Source: Actinomycetes bacterium
GTDB lineage: Bacteria > Actinomycetota > Actinomycetes > Propionibacteriales > Propionibacteriaceae
Assembly: GCA_023393755.1 (NCBI GenBank)
Contig: JAEXCA010000108.1
Span: 9,198 to 73,197, forward strand
Length of the DNA: 64,000 nt
Reading direction: 5' to 3'
Shown here: positions 28,198 through 41,058 of the stretch, one piece after another
Numbering within the stretch: position 1 is the first letter of the stretch
Layout: every line of letters begins with the position of its first letter
The notes under the pieces: model-generated
Seen by the model: only the letters and a program-made list of their open reading frames with translations
What the model was told of the DNA's origin: nothing
The model's database searches: none
Program-made: the position numbers and the translations under genes

Positions 28198-29680
28198 GCC
28201 GGCTCAGGATCAGCTCGCGGACCTTGGCGGCGTCAGCCTGGCCTCGCATGTCCTTCATCACGGCACCGATCAGGGCGCCGGCGGCCTGCAGCTTGCCCTC
28301 CCGGATCCGGTCCGCGACGTCGGGGTTGGCCTCGATCGCCCGGTCCACCGCAGCCAAGAGCGCACCCTCGTCGGAGACCACCGCCAGACCGCGAGCCGCC
28401 ACCACCTCGGCGGGCTCGCCCTCGCCGGCCAGCACGCCGTCGATCACCTGGCGGGCCAGCTTGTCATTGATGGTGCCGACGTCCACCAGGCCCTGCAGGG
28501 CAGCGACCTGGGCGGGGGTGATCGCCAACTCCTCCAACTCGACGCCGGCCTCATTGGCGCGGCGGGTGAGTTCGGTCGTCCACCACTTTCGGGCGGCCTG
28601 CGGGGCGCAACCCGCAGCAACCGTGGCGTCGATCAGGTCGAGCCCGCCGCCATTGACCACATCCCGCATCTCCAGGTCGGTGAAGCCCCACTCCCCCTGC
28701 AGCCGGGCGCGACGGGCGGCCGGCGGCTCGGGCAGGGTGGCCCGGAGCTCCGTGATCCACTCCTGGCTCGGCGCCACCGGGACCAGGTCGGGCTCGGGGA
28801 AGTAGCGGTAGTCCTCGGCCTGCTCCTTGGAGCGACCCGGGGAGGTGTAGCCGCCGTCCTCGTGCCAGTGCCGGGTCTCCTGGTGGACGCGTCCGCCCGA
28901 GGCGAGAATGGCCGCCTGACGGCGGATCTCGTAGGTCAGCGCGGCCTCGATCGAACGCAGCGAGTTCACGTTCTTGGTCTCAGTGCGCAGCCCCAGCTCG
29001 TCCGAACCCTTGGGCATCAGCGAGACGTTGGCGTCGCAGCGCAGCGAGCCCTGCTCCATCCGGACGTCCGACACCCCCAGCGCGCGCATCAGCTCGCGCA
29101 GGAAGCCGACGTAGGCCTTGGCCACCTGGGGGGCGCGGGCCCCCGTCCCCCGGATCGGCTTGGTGACGATCTCGATCAGCGGCACGCCGGCCCGGTTGTA
29201 GTCGACCAGCGAGTAGTCGGCGCCCTGGATCCGGCCGGTGGCGCCGCCGACGTGCAGCAGCTTGCCGGCGTCCTCCTCCATGTGGGCGCGCTCGACCGGG
29301 ATCTCGAACACCTCGCCGTCGACCTCGACCGACACGCCGCCGTCGTAGGCGATCGGCTCGTCGTACTGCGAGGTCTGGAAGTCCTTGGTCATGTCCGGGT
29401 AGAAGTAGTTCTTCCGGGCGAACCGGCTCCACGAGGCGATCGAGCAGTTCAGCGCCAGCCCGATCCGGATCGCCGACTCGATCGCCTTGGCGTTCACCAC
29501 CGGCAGCGAACCGGGCAGGCCCAGGCAGACCGGGCAGGTCTGGCTGTTCGGCGGCGCGCCGAAGGCGGTCGAACAGCCACAGAACATCTTGGACGCGGTG
29601 TTCAGCTCGACGTGCACCTCCAACCCGAGCACCGGGTCGAACAGCGCCATCGCCTCGTCGTAGGAGAGCAAGTCCGTCAT
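28190..29680 (-). CDS. gatB: Asp/Glu-tRNA amidotransferase subunit B
   Basis: ATG at 29680 ([28 protein letters not shown]). It has an ATGA overlap with gatA. Confidence 0.95.
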   Translation of the reverse strand: MTDLLSYDEAMALFDPVLGLEVHVELNTASKMFCGCSTAFGAPPNSQTCPVCLGLPGSLPVVNAKAIESAIRIGLALNCSIASWSRFARKNYFYPDMTKDFQTSQYDEPIAYDGGVSVEVDGEVFEIPVERAHMEEDAGKLLHVGGATGRIQGADYSLVDYNRAGVPLIEIVTKPIRGTGARAPQVAKAYVGFLRELMRALGVSDVRMEQGSLRCDANVSLMPKGSDELGLRTETKNVNSLRSIEAALTYEIRRQAAILASGGRVHQETRHWHEDGGYTSPGRSKEQAEDYRYFPEPDLVPVAPSQEWITELRATLPEPPAARRARLQGEWGFTDLEMRDVVNGGGLDLIDATVAAGCAPQAARKWWTTELTRRANEAGVELEELAITPAQVAALQGLVDVGTINDKLARQVIDGVLAGEGEPAEVVAARGLAVVSDEGALLAAVDRAIEANPDVADRIREGKLQAAGALIGAVMKDMRGQADAAKVRELILSRLG

Positions 29681-31182
29681 GCCGAAACCTCCTTGGCGGC
29701 GAGCCGGTCGAGCAGCAGCCCGCCCCAGGCCCGGCCCAGCGCGCCTTCCAGGGCGGCGCCGACCAGGTAGAGCCGGTCGTCGGCCAGCGGCGGGGCCATC
29801 ACCTGGAAGCCGACCGGCAGGCCGTCGTCCGGGCTCAGCCCACAGGGGAAGGACGCGGCCGCGTTGCCGGCCAGGTTGGACGGGATGGTGCACAGGTCGG
29901 CCTTGTACATGGCCAGCGGGTCGTCGATCCGCTCACCGATCCGGAAGGCGGTGGTCGGGGTGGACGGCGACACCAGCACGTCCACCCGCTCGAAGGCGGC
30001 GTCGAAGTCGCGCGCGATCAGCGTCCGGACCTTCTGCGCCGAGCCGTAGTAGGCGTCGTAGTAGCCGGAACTGAGCGCGTAGGTGCCCAGGATGATCCGC
30101 CGCTTCACCTCGGCGCCGAAGCCCTGGCCGCGGGTGAGCGCCATGACCTCTTCCGCGCTGTGTTCGCCGTCGTCGCCGACCCGCAGTCCGTAGCGCATGG
30201 CGTCGAACCGGGCCAGGTTCGAGGAGACCTCGGCCGGCATGATCAGGTAGTAGGTGGCCAGCGCGAAGCCGAAGTGCGGGCAGGAGACCTCGACGGTCTC
30301 GGCACCCAGCCCTTCCAGGACGGACAGCGCCTCGCGGAACCGCTGCTCCACACCGGGCTGGTAGCCGTCGCCGCCGAACTCCTTCACCACGCCGATCCGC
30401 AGCCCCTTCACGTCCGCCCGGCGAGCGGCGCCCACCACGTCCGGGACGGGCGCATTGATCGAGGTGGAGTCCTTCGGATCCCAGCCGGCGATCACCCGGT
30501 GCAGCAGGGCGGCGTCCAGCACGGTGCGGGCGCACGGCCCCGGGGTGTCGAGGGACGAGGCCATCGCCACCACGCCGTAGCGGGAGGTGGCGCCGTAGGT
30601 GGGCTTCACGCCCACGGTCGCGGTGACCGAGGCGGGTTGCCGGATCGAGCCACCGGTGTCGGTGCCGAGTGCCAACGGCGCCTCGAAGGCGGCCAGCGCG
30701 GCCGCCGAGCCGCCACCCGAACCACCCGGGATGCGGGAGAGATCCCACGGATTGTGGGTGGTGCCGTAGCCGGAGTTCTCGGTGGAGGAGCCCATCGCGA
30801 ACTCGTCCAGGTTGGTCTTGCCGAGCACCACCAGGCCGGCGTCCAGCACCCGCTGGGTGATGGTGGCGTTGTACGGCGGCACCCAGCCCTCGAGGATGCG
30901 CGAGCCGACCGTGGTGGGCAGCCCGGTGTAGCAGAAGATGTCCTTCACCGCGATCGGGACGCCGGCCAGCTCGCCGAGTTCCTCGCCCGCGGCGCGCCGG
31001 GCATCGATGTCGTCCGCCGTGGCCAGGGCACGTTCGCCGTCGACGGCGAGGAAGGCGTGCACGTCGCCGTCCACCGCGGCGATCCGGTCCAGGTGGGCCC
31101 CGGTGACCTCGCGGGCCGAGACCTCGCCGGCGGCCAGCAGTTCGCTGAGTTCGGCGGCGGTGCGGGTGAGCAGCGGATTCAT
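29677..31182 (-). CDS. gatA: Asp/Glu-tRNA amidotransferase subunit A
   Basis: ATG at 31182 ([16 protein letters not shown]). The amidase signature [13 protein letters not shown] is present. It has an ATGA overlap with gatC. Confidence 0.95.
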   Translation of the reverse strand: MNPLLTRTAAELSELLAAGEVSAREVTGAHLDRIAAVDGDVHAFLAVDGERALATADDIDARRAAGEELGELAGVPIAVKDIFCYTGLPTTVGSRILEGWVPPYNATITQRVLDAGLVVLGKTNLDEFAMGSSTENSGYGTTHNPWDLSRIPGGSGGGSAAALAAFEAPLALGTDTGGSIRQPASVTATVGVKPTYGATSRYGVVAMASSLDTPGPCARTVLDAALLHRVIAGWDPKDSTSINAPVPDVVGAARRADVKGLRIGVVKEFGGDGYQPGVEQRFREALSVLEGLGAETVEVSCPHFGFALATYYLIMPAEVSSNLARFDAMRYGLRVGDDGEHSAEEVMALTRGQGFGAEVKRRIILGTYALSSGYYDAYYGSAQKVRTLIARDFDAAFERVDVLVSPSTPTTAFRIGERIDDPLAMYKADLCTIPSNLAGNAAASFPCGLSPDDGLPVGFQVMAPPLADDRLYLVGAALEGALGRAWGGLLLDRLAAKEVSA

Positions 31183-31475
31183 GCCTCCTCCCCCAGGATC
31201 CGCGGGACGCGGAACCGCTCGTCCTCGGCGGCGGGCGCGGCAGCCAGGACGGCCGCCACCGGCAGCGACCCGGCCACCTCGTCGGCCCGGAACACATTGG
31301 TCAACGGCAGGGCATGCGAGGTGGGCGGCACGTCGGCCCCGGCCACCTCGGTCACCCGGGCGACCGATTCCAGGATCACCTCGAGCTGGGGCGCGAGCTG
31401 GGCGAGCTCGTCCGGCGTCATGGCGATGCGGGCCAGCTCGGCCAGCCGGCCCACTTCGGCGGGTGTGATTGCCAC
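31179..31475 (-). CDS. gatC: Asp/Glu-tRNA amidotransferase subunit C
   Basis: 98-aa ORF in gatCAB order. Confidence 0.9.
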   Translation of the reverse strand: MAITPAEVGRLAELARIAMTPDELAQLAPQLEVILESVARVTEVAGADVPPTSHALPLTNVFRADEVAGSLPVAAVLAAAPAAEDERFRVPRILGEEA

Positions 31476-31597
31476 GTTCGGCTCCTGTTCGGGGTTCTGC
31501 GGCGTCCGCGCACACTCTACGGTGGTCCGGTGGCTGGGCTCGAACTCGAACCGTCTGGCGGCAACGTGACACGTCCGTAACAGAAGTGGGTAAGACT

Positions 31598-32224
31598 GTG
31601 GGCGTGTTCCTGCTACGCCTCGCCCTGCCCGACCGCCCCGGCTCCCTCGGTGCGGTGGCGACCGCGATGGGGACGGTGGGCGCCGACATCAATGCGGTCG
31701 AGATCGTCGAGAAGTACGAGGGCTATGCGGTCGACGACTTCATGGTCGAACTCCCCACCGGCGTGCTGGCGGATTCCCTGGTCAGTGTCTGCACCGCCAT
31801 CGACGGCGTCCAGCTGCTGTGGCTCTCCCACTACCCGGAGCAGTGGGGACTGCAGGGCGACGTCGACGTCCTGAACCACATGACCGAGTACCCCGAGCGC
31901 GCCGAGGAGATCCTCACCCTGGAGTCGCCGGAGGTGTTCCGGGTGACCTGGGCGGCGCTGATCGACCGGGAGGCGGCCAGAGTGCTGGCCAAGACCGACC
32001 TGGCACCCGATCTCGACCCCGAGGGGATCGCCGCCCTCGGACCGCTGGCCGCCGTCCGCAGCGACGAGCTTCCCAACGGCTGGCTGCCGGGCTGGAACGA
32101 CACCCTGATCGCCGTGGCGCCCTTCCGCGGCACCACCAGCATCGTGCTCGCCCGCCGGGGCGGCCCGGAGTTCCTGCCCTCGGAACTGGCCCGGCTGCGG
32201 CATCTCGCGGCGCTGGCCACCTGA
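31598..32224 (+). CDS. ACT domain-containing protein (conserved divergent neighbour of gatCAB)
   Basis: [31 protein letters not shown] is an ACT N-terminus. GTG candidates lie at 31586, 31598 and 31604. Confidence 0.8.
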   Translation: MGVFLLRLALPDRPGSLGAVATAMGTVGADINAVEIVEKYEGYAVDDFMVELPTGVLADSLVSVCTAIDGVQLLWLSHYPEQWGLQGDVDVLNHMTEYPERAEEILTLESPEVFRVTWAALIDREAARVLAKTDLAPDLDPEGIAALGPLAAVRSDELPNGWLPGWNDTLIAVAPFRGTTSIVLARRGGPEFLPSELARLRHLAALAT

Positions 32225-32274
32225 GGCCCCGAGCGATTCCGGGGCGGACGGCGCCGGCGAACTGTCGCCGCTGA

Positions 32275-32475
32275 TCAGCGGATCATGGTGTAGATCCAGT
32301 AGCCGTAGCCCACGATGACCGCGGTCACGGCCACCGTGATCAGGATCACCCACCAGCGCATCCGGCGCTTGGCCCGGGTCGCGGGCACCTCCAGCGGACC
32401 CCATTCACCGATCCGCGGCATCACCCGCGGCGGCGCGCCCTCGTTGAGGTTGAGGTTGGAGTTCAGGCCGTCCAT
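32275..32475 (-). CDS. small membrane protein (single C-terminal TM)
   Basis: ATG at 32475 gives MDGLNSNLNLNEGAPP...RWWVILITVAVTAVIVGYGYWIY. Confidence 0.5.
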   Translation of the reverse strand: MDGLNSNLNLNEGAPPRVMPRIGEWGPLEVPATRAKRRMRWWVILITVAVTAVIVGYGYWIYTMIR

Positions 32476-32558
32476 GATCCCAGTCTGCCAGAGGGGCCAT
32501 CGGCCCGGCCGCCCGCGCCGAGCGCGTCCACGCACCCCCTGGACCGTGCGTCGCCGCC

Positions 32559-34955
<2,397 letters not shown>

Positions 34956-35006
34956 CTACGAGTGGCTCCCGGCATCGCTGTAGCCCGCGCCCAGCATCGT
35001 GACGGG

Positions 35007-36020
35007 CTAGCCGCCGCCGGCCAGTTCCTCGCCGACCTGGCCGGTCGCCCTGCCGAGCAGGTCGAACGCCCGCGAGGCGGCCGGCGCGCTGAAGCCGGCG
35101 AGACCGCAGGCCGGCGTGAGCACCAGCTGGTCGGCCGCGGCGCCCAGCGCCAACCGGTCCAGGAACCGCAGCGTGCGGGTACGCAGCTCGTCGACGCTGG
35201 CCAGCTGGTCGGGGACGGCGGTGGGCAGGACACCGAGGTACAGCCCGCCGCCCGCCTCCAGCGCGGCGGCCAGTGGGTCGAGGTCGGCGCCGCTGATCAG
35301 GTCCAGATCGAGGGAGACCGCGGAGAAGCCGGCACCGCGGTGACCCGTCCCGACCAGTTCGGCGATCGGCGGCCCGGGGGCACAGCAGTGGACGACGGCC
35401 GGCACCGTCAACCCACGGCGGGCGGGCTCGCCGGTGAGCAGCGCGAGGTTCGCGCAGAGCTCGGGCAGGTCGACCGCACGGTGGCGGAAGAAGCCACCCG
35501 GGGTGGGGACCGCTCCGGCCGCCACCGCGGGCAGAGCGGGTTCGTCGATCTGCAGCACCAGCGACACCGAGGGCAGCCGGCGGACCAGCCCGTCCAGCAC
35601 CTCGCCGATGCCCTCGGCGAGCGCGCCGGCCAGGTCGCGGCGGGCCCCGGGGTCGGCCAGCACCCGTCCGGTGTGCGCCACTCCGGTGCTGGCCGCCAGC
35701 GTCCAGGGGCCGGCGACCTGCAGCTTGAGCCGCCCGGCGTAGCCCTGGGCGTGTTCCTCGAGGATCTCCAGATCGTCCCGCCAGGTCTGGCGCGACCGGC
35801 GCTGGTCGACCCCGGCCGAGCCCAGCACCCACTCCCCCGCGACCAGTTCGGCACCCAGCCCGGCCAGCATGCCCAGCCCGCGGCCGATCATCCCGGCCCA
35901 CGGGCCACGGGCCGGCAGCTCGGGAAGGTAGGGCAGCTCCGGCACCTTGTCGAAGGTCATCCGGACGGCCGCGGGGAAGTCCGTCCCCGGCAGCGAGCCG
36001 AGCCCGGTGAAGCCGACCAT
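35007..36020 (-). CDS. methionine synthase (MetE C-terminal)-like family protein
   Basis: ATG at 36020 ([15 protein letters not shown]) shares one nucleotide with the mnmA stop. The position between mnmA and ligA is conserved in actinobacteria. Confidence 0.75.
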   Translation of the reverse strand: MVGFTGLGSLPGTDFPAAVRMTFDKVPELPYLPELPARGPWAGMIGRGLGMLAGLGAELVAGEWVLGSAGVDQRRSRQTWRDDLEILEEHAQGYAGRLKLQVAGPWTLAASTGVAHTGRVLADPGARRDLAGALAEGIGEVLDGLVRRLPSVSLVLQIDEPALPAVAAGAVPTPGGFFRHRAVDLPELCANLALLTGEPARRGLTVPAVVHCCAPGPPIAELVGTGHRGAGFSAVSLDLDLISGADLDPLAAALEAGGGLYLGVLPTAVPDQLASVDELRTRTLRFLDRLALGAAADQLVLTPACGLAGFSAPAASRAFDLLGRATGQVGEELAGGG

Positions 36021-37093
36021 CACGCGGCCCGGGCGATGGTGGACGATCCGACCACCCGCTCGCCGTCGTAGTAGACCACCGCCTGCCCGGGCGCGATGCC
36101 GTGCGCGGGCTCGTCCAGTTCCACCCGGACCTCCTCGCCCAGCCAGCCGATGGTGGCCGGCATCGGCTCGGAGTGGGCCCGCCACTGCGCCAGCCCCCGC
36201 CAGGAACCGGCCACCGGATCCTCCGTCCAGGTGGGCCGGATCCCCTCGATGGTCCGCACCGCCAGCTTTTCCCGCGGGCCGACAGTCACGGTGTTGGTGG
36301 CCACCGAGATGTCGATGACATAGCGCGGACGACCGTCCGCGGCCGGCACCGACAGGTGCAGTCCGTGCCGCTGGCCGACGGTGAACCGGTGCGCGCCGGC
36401 GTGGGCTCCCACCACCTCGCCGCGGTCGTCCACGATGTCGCCGGTGCGAGCGCCCAGTCTTCCGGTCAGGAAGCCGGCGGTGTCGCCGGAGGGGATGAAG
36501 CAGATGTCGTGCGAATCCGGCTTCTTCGCCAGGTACAGCCCGCGCTCGGCGGCCTCCGCCCGCACCTCGGCCTTGGACGTGTCCGGGCCGAGCGGGAACA
36601 GCGAGCGCCGCAGCTGTTGCTGGTTGAGCACACCCAGGACGTAGGACTGGTCCTTGCGCTCCTCGTTGGAGCGCAGCAGCGAGACCGTCTCCCCGGTCCG
36701 CCGGATCCGGGCGTAGTGGCCGGTGGCGACGGCGTCGAAGCCGAGCGCCAGGCCACGGTCGAGCACGGCGGCGAACTTGATCTTCTCGTTGCACCGCAGG
36801 CACGGGTTCGGGGTGCGACCGGCGGCGTACTCGGCGACGAAGTCCTGCACCACGTCCGCGTCGAACCGGTCGGAGAGATCCCAGACGTAGAACGGGATGC
36901 CCAGCATGTCCGCGGCCCGCCGAGCGTCGTGGGAGTCCTCCAGCGAGCAGCAGCCGCGGGCGCCGGAGCGGTAGGTCTGCGGATTCCTGCTCAGCGCCAG
37001 GTGCACGCCGGTGACGTCATGGCCGGCGTCCACCAGGCGCGCCGCAGCCACGGCGGAGTCAACCCCGCCGGACATCGCCGCCAGCACCCGCAT
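36020..37093 (-). CDS. mnmA: tRNA 2-thiouridine(34) synthase
   Basis: ATG at 37093 ([19 protein letters not shown]-loop). The track start at 37096 is TTG. Confidence 0.93.
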   Translation of the reverse strand: MRVLAAMSGGVDSAVAAARLVDAGHDVTGVHLALSRNPQTYRSGARGCCSLEDSHDARRAADMLGIPFYVWDLSDRFDADVVQDFVAEYAAGRTPNPCLRCNEKIKFAAVLDRGLALGFDAVATGHYARIRRTGETVSLLRSNEERKDQSYVLGVLNQQQLRRSLFPLGPDTSKAEVRAEAAERGLYLAKKPDSHDICFIPSGDTAGFLTGRLGARTGDIVDDRGEVVGAHAGAHRFTVGQRHGLHLSVPAADGRPRYVIDISVATNTVTVGPREKLAVRTIEGIRPTWTEDPVAGSWRGLAQWRAHSEPMPATIGWLGEEVRVELDEPAHGIAPGQAVVYYDGERVVGSSTIARAA

Positions 37094-37127
37094 CAAGCTC
37101 CCTTCGCAGAAGCCCGATTCTAGGTGG

Positions 37128-37613
37128 TCAGGCCGCGATGCCCTTCAGCGATCCGGTCAGGCCGCCGGCCTCGCTGTAGACGATGCACTGCACCAGCTTG
37201 TCGCCGAGCAGCCAGGTCTGCTCGGTGGGGTGCAGGTACATGACCGCCAGATCGGTGTACTCCTCCGGCGGCTCGCCGCCGATGAAGCCGACGATCTCGG
37301 CCATGCAGAAGTCGTTGGCGCGGGTGGAGACGTCCTCGGGCAGCTTGTCCTCGGTGAGCTTCAGTTCGGCGTAGACCTCGCCCTGGTGGGGCGAGTCGCA
37401 CGGTGTCACCGGGACGGTCTCGACCTGGCCGTCCAGTTCGCTGACATCGGAGATGCAGTCGCCCAGGCGCACCGTCATCGCGCCGGCGTCGGAGTCGGCG
37501 GTCACCTGACCGCCCTCGTCGCGGGGTGCCTCCATGCCGGCGGCACAGCCGCCGAGCAGGGACAGGGCGCCCGTCGCCGCCAGGGCGAGCAGACGGCGGG
37601 TGGGGTGGGACAC
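37128..37613 (-). CDS. putative lipoprotein (septum-formation-like Cys/PH..EV pattern)
   Basis: The GTG at 37613 is preceded by GAGGAGG. The lipobox is [10 protein letters not shown]...[12 protein letters not shown] is present. Confidence 0.7.
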   Translation of the reverse strand: MSHPTRRLLALAATGALSLLGGCAAGMEAPRDEGGQVTADSDAGAMTVRLGDCISDVSELDGQVETVPVTPCDSPHQGEVYAELKLTEDKLPEDVSTRANDFCMAEIVGFIGGEPPEEYTDLAVMYLHPTEQTWLLGDKLVQCIVYSEAGGLTGSLKGIAA

Positions 37614-37704
37614 GGTGACCTCCTCTTGGCTGCCACCCAGCCTGCCAAACCCGCCCCCGACGGCCAAGCCAACGCGCGGACGCCGCCTCACCCCGGGTCG
37701 AAGG

Positions 37705-38829
37705 TCAGTAGGCAGCCCGCGCGCTCGCCAGCGCCCCGGGGAGCACCCGCAGCACCGCCTCGATCTCGGCGGGGGTGGTGGACGGCCCGAAGGAGAACCG
37801 CAGGCTGCCCGAAGCGGCCGCCAGATCGCGTCCCATGGCCAGCAGCACCTCGCTGGACTGGTGGACGCCCGCGGTGCAGGCCGAACCGGTGGAACAGTCG
37901 ATCCCCGCTGCGTCCAGCAGCAGCAGCAGATCGTCGGCCCGGACGCCCTCGAAGCTGGCATGCAGGATGGCCGGGGTGGCCGGTGCCGTGGTGTTGACCC
38001 GGACCCCGGGCAGCGCCCGCAGGCCGGTCAGCAACCGGTCGCCGAGCCCGGCCAGCCGGGTGGCCTCCCCGGCCAGCCGCCGGACCGACTCGCGCAGCGC
38101 CGCCGCGAGCCCCACCGCCAGCGCGACCGGGACCGTCCCGGAGCGCAGCCTGGCCTCCTGGCCGCCGCCGAAGCCGGGCGCGGTCAGGGTCACCCCACGC
38201 CGCACCAGCAGCGCTCCGATCCCGACCGGTCCGCCCAGCTTGTGACCGGAGAAGCTGAGCAGATCCAGCCCGGAGGAGCCGAAGTCCACCGGCAGATGCC
38301 CGACCGCCTGCACGGCATCGCTGTGCGCCAGGACGCCGGCCAGGCGAGCCTGCTCGGCGACCGCGGCGACCGGCTGTACCACCCCGGTCTCGTTGTTCAC
38401 CCACATCACGGACACCAGCCGGGTGGCCGGCCCGATCGCCGCCGCCACGCCGGACGGGTCAACCCTGCCGGTGTCGTCCACCGCGAGCACCCGCAGCCGC
38501 TCGCCCAGGACCCGGCGGGCCTCGATCACCGACGGGTGCTCGACCGCCGACACCAGCACCTCACCGGCGGCCCCGGCCGCACCCAGCACGGCGAGGTTGT
38601 TGGCCTCGGTGCCACCGGAACAGAAGACCACCTCGCCGGGCCGGGCCCCGAGATCGGCCGCGACCGACTCCCGGGCCTGCTCCAGCCGGCGCCTGGCCGC
38701 CCGTCCGGAGCCGTGCAGCGAGGACGGGTTCCCCGCCCCGGCCAGTGCCTCGGCCATGGCCTCCCGCACGCTCGCCGGCATCGGACTGCTGGCGGCATGA
38801 TCGAGGTACACCCGGGTTTCCTGCACCAT
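37705..38829 (-). CDS. iscS: cysteine desulfurase (NifS/IscS class)
   Basis: YLDHAASSP, GGTEANN, the SGHKLGGP PLP-lysine region and the active-site motif GSACTAG are present. Confidence 0.9.
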   Translation of the reverse strand: MVQETRVYLDHAASSPMPASVREAMAEALAGAGNPSSLHGSGRAARRRLEQARESVAADLGARPGEVVFCSGGTEANNLAVLGAAGAAGEVLVSAVEHPSVIEARRVLGERLRVLAVDDTGRVDPSGVAAAIGPATRLVSVMWVNNETGVVQPVAAVAEQARLAGVLAHSDAVQAVGHLPVDFGSSGLDLLSFSGHKLGGPVGIGALLVRRGVTLTAPGFGGGQEARLRSGTVPVALAVGLAAALRESVRRLAGEATRLAGLGDRLLTGLRALPGVRVNTTAPATPAILHASFEGVRADDLLLLLDAAGIDCSTGSACTAGVHQSSEVLLAMGRDLAAASGSLRFSFGPSTTPAEIEAVLRVLPGALASARAAY

Positions 38830-38920
38830 CTCGCTTGACCGGTCCTCTATCGTGTTGGGTCTGGCGGCGCTCGAACAGCGTCTGGCACCAGTTCATCACG
38901 CTCATCGCGAAAGTCGGTAC

Positions 38921-41020
38921 ATGAGAACTTCGGATCTGCCCGGTCCGGCGCAGGACACCGTCCTGGGCGCCCGGGTAACCGACGAAGGAACCCATTTCTG
39001 CTTGTGGGCGCCGCGCGCCAGTCGCGTGGAACTGGCGCTGGTCGACGACCAGGACGTCCAGCACAACTGGGATCTGGCCCTGGGGCCGGACGGCACCTGG
39101 TCGGTCTTCGTGCCCGAGGTCGGGCACGGGCAGCGGTACGGCTACCGGGTGCACGGCGAGTGGGATCCGAGCACCGGACGCCGGTTCAACCCGGCGAAGC
39201 TGCTGGTGGATCCCTACGCCAGGGCGATCACCGGCGGTGTCGACTACGCCGGGCCGATCTTCGATCACACCCCGGAGTCGAACTTCCAGCCCGATCCGAC
39301 CGACTCCTTCGGCGCGGTGCCGCTCAGCGTCGTCGTGGCGGACAGCCCACCCCCGACGCCCCTGGCCAGCCGTCCCGGCCTGGACGAACTGGTGGTCTAC
39401 GAGACCCACCTCAAGGGCTACACGGTGCAGCACCCGACCGTCCCCGAGCACCTCCGCGGCAGCTACGGCGGCATGGCCTACCCGGCGGTGATCGAGCACC
39501 TGCTCTCCCTCGGGGTGAACGCGGTCGAGTTCCTGCCGCTGCACCACTTCGCCTCCGAGCCGTTCATCATCGGACGCGGGCTGCGCAACTACTGGGGCTA
39601 CAACACCCTCGGCTTCTTCGCCCCGCACGCCGCCTACTCCACCACCGGCACGCTCGGCCAGCAGGTCGCCGAGTTCAAGGCGATGGTCTCCGCGCTGCAC
39701 GAGGCCGGCATCGCCGTCCTGCTCGACGTGGTCTACAACCACACCTGCGAGGGCGGCCACGAGGGCCCCACGCTCAGCTGGCGGGGCATCGACCACGGCG
39801 CCTACTACCGGCTGGCCGAGGATCGGCGCAACGACTACGACGTCACCGGCTGCGGCAACGCGCTGGACACCTCCCAGCCCGCCACCCTGCGGATGGTGAT
39901 GGATTCGCTGCGCTACTGGGTGACCGAGATGGGGGTGGACGGCTTCCGGTTCGACCTGCAGACCACGCTGATCCGGGACGCCCGCCACCACGTCGACCAG
40001 AACCACCCGTTCAAGCAGCAGGTGGCCGCCGACCCGGCCCTGACTGAAACGATTCTGATCTCCGAACCCTGGGATCTCGGCCCCTACGGCTACCAGGTCG
40101 GACGCTGGGGCGCCGGTTGGTCGGAGTGGAACGACAGGTTCCGCGGCTACACCCGGGACTTCTGGCGGGGTGCCACCCACGGCGTCGCCGAGCTCGCCAC
40201 CCGGCTCTCCGGCTCGTCCGACATCTTCGACCACAGCGGCCGGCCGGCCACCAGTTCGGTGAACTTCGTCACCGCCCACGACGGCTTCACCATGCGAGAC
40301 CTGACCACCTACGACCTCAAGCACAACGAGGACAACGCCGAACGCAACCGCGACGGCACCGACGACAACCGCTCCTGGAACCACGGCTACGAGGGCGAGA
40401 CCGACGATCCGGCGATCGTCGCCGCCCGGCAGCGCACCACCCGGAACCTGATGGCCACCCTGCTGCTCTCCGACGGCATCCCGATGATCACCGCCGGCGA
40501 CGAGATGGGACGCACCCAGCGCGGCAACAACAACGCCTACTGCCAGGACTCGCCGGTCTCCTGGGTGGAGTGGACGGACGTCTGGCAGGAGCAGCTCGAT
40601 CTCACGACCGCGCTGCTGAAGCTGCGGGCGACCCACCGGCTGCTCCGTCCGACCAGCTTCCGGCGCAGGGAGGACCTCCTGGACGCCGACGGGGAGCCGA
40701 CCGGACGGGCCAGCGTCGGCTGGTTCAGCGAGACCGGTGAGGAGATGACCGTCGAGCAGTGGCACGACGGCGGCCGCCGCACCCTGGCGCAGTACATCGG
40801 CGACGCCGGCGAGGGCTGGTACCTGGTGGTGCATTCCGCCGCCGAACCGATCGAGGTCACCCTGCCCGGAGCGCCCTGGGCCGCCACCTACACCGTGGCG
40901 GTGCAGACCGGACTGCCCGGCGAGTTGCCCACCGAGCCCGTCCCGGCGGGTTCGGCGATCGAGGTCCCCGGACGCACCATGGTGGTGTTCTCCACCACCC
41001 TTCCGGAGGCCGCGGACTGA
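38921..41020 (+). CDS. glgX: glycogen debranching enzyme
   Basis: ATG at 38921 (MRTSDLPG). GH13 motifs are present (DVVYNHT, GFRFDL, EPWD, FVTAHDGF). Confidence 0.93.
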   Translation: MRTSDLPGPAQDTVLGARVTDEGTHFCLWAPRASRVELALVDDQDVQHNWDLALGPDGTWSVFVPEVGHGQRYGYRVHGEWDPSTGRRFNPAKLLVDPYARAITGGVDYAGPIFDHTPESNFQPDPTDSFGAVPLSVVVADSPPPTPLASRPGLDELVVYETHLKGYTVQHPTVPEHLRGSYGGMAYPAVIEHLLSLGVNAVEFLPLHHFASEPFIIGRGLRNYWGYNTLGFFAPHAAYSTTGTLGQQVAEFKAMVSALHEAGIAVLLDVVYNHTCEGGHEGPTLSWRGIDHGAYYRLAEDRRNDYDVTGCGNALDTSQPATLRMVMDSLRYWVTEMGVDGFRFDLQTTLIRDARHHVDQNHPFKQQVAADPALTETILISEPWDLGPYGYQVGRWGAGWSEWNDRFRGYTRDFWRGATHGVAELATRLSGSSDIFDHSGRPATSSVNFVTAHDGFTMRDLTTYDLKHNEDNAERNRDGTDDNRSWNHGYEGETDDPAIVAARQRTTRNLMATLLLSDGIPMITAGDEMGRTQRGNNNAYCQDSPVSWVEWTDVWQEQLDLTTALLKLRATHRLLRPTSFRRREDLLDADGEPTGRASVGWFSETGEEMTVEQWHDGGRRTLAQYIGDAGEGWYLVVHSAAEPIEVTLPGAPWAATYTVAVQTGLPGELPTEPVPAGSAIEVPGRTMVVFSTTLPEAAD

Positions 41021-41058
41021 CCTGTCCAGACCGGTGAGGGATTGGGTAGGTTGTCCCC

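Noticed and set aside
15100-28200. Classical mobile element (IS, ICE, prophage) explaining the accessory region
   Set aside because: No integrase, transposase, recombinase or tRNA attachment site is visible. Only repeats, TA modules and rearrangement scars are present, so it is reported as a repeat-bracketed island rather than a defined mobile element.
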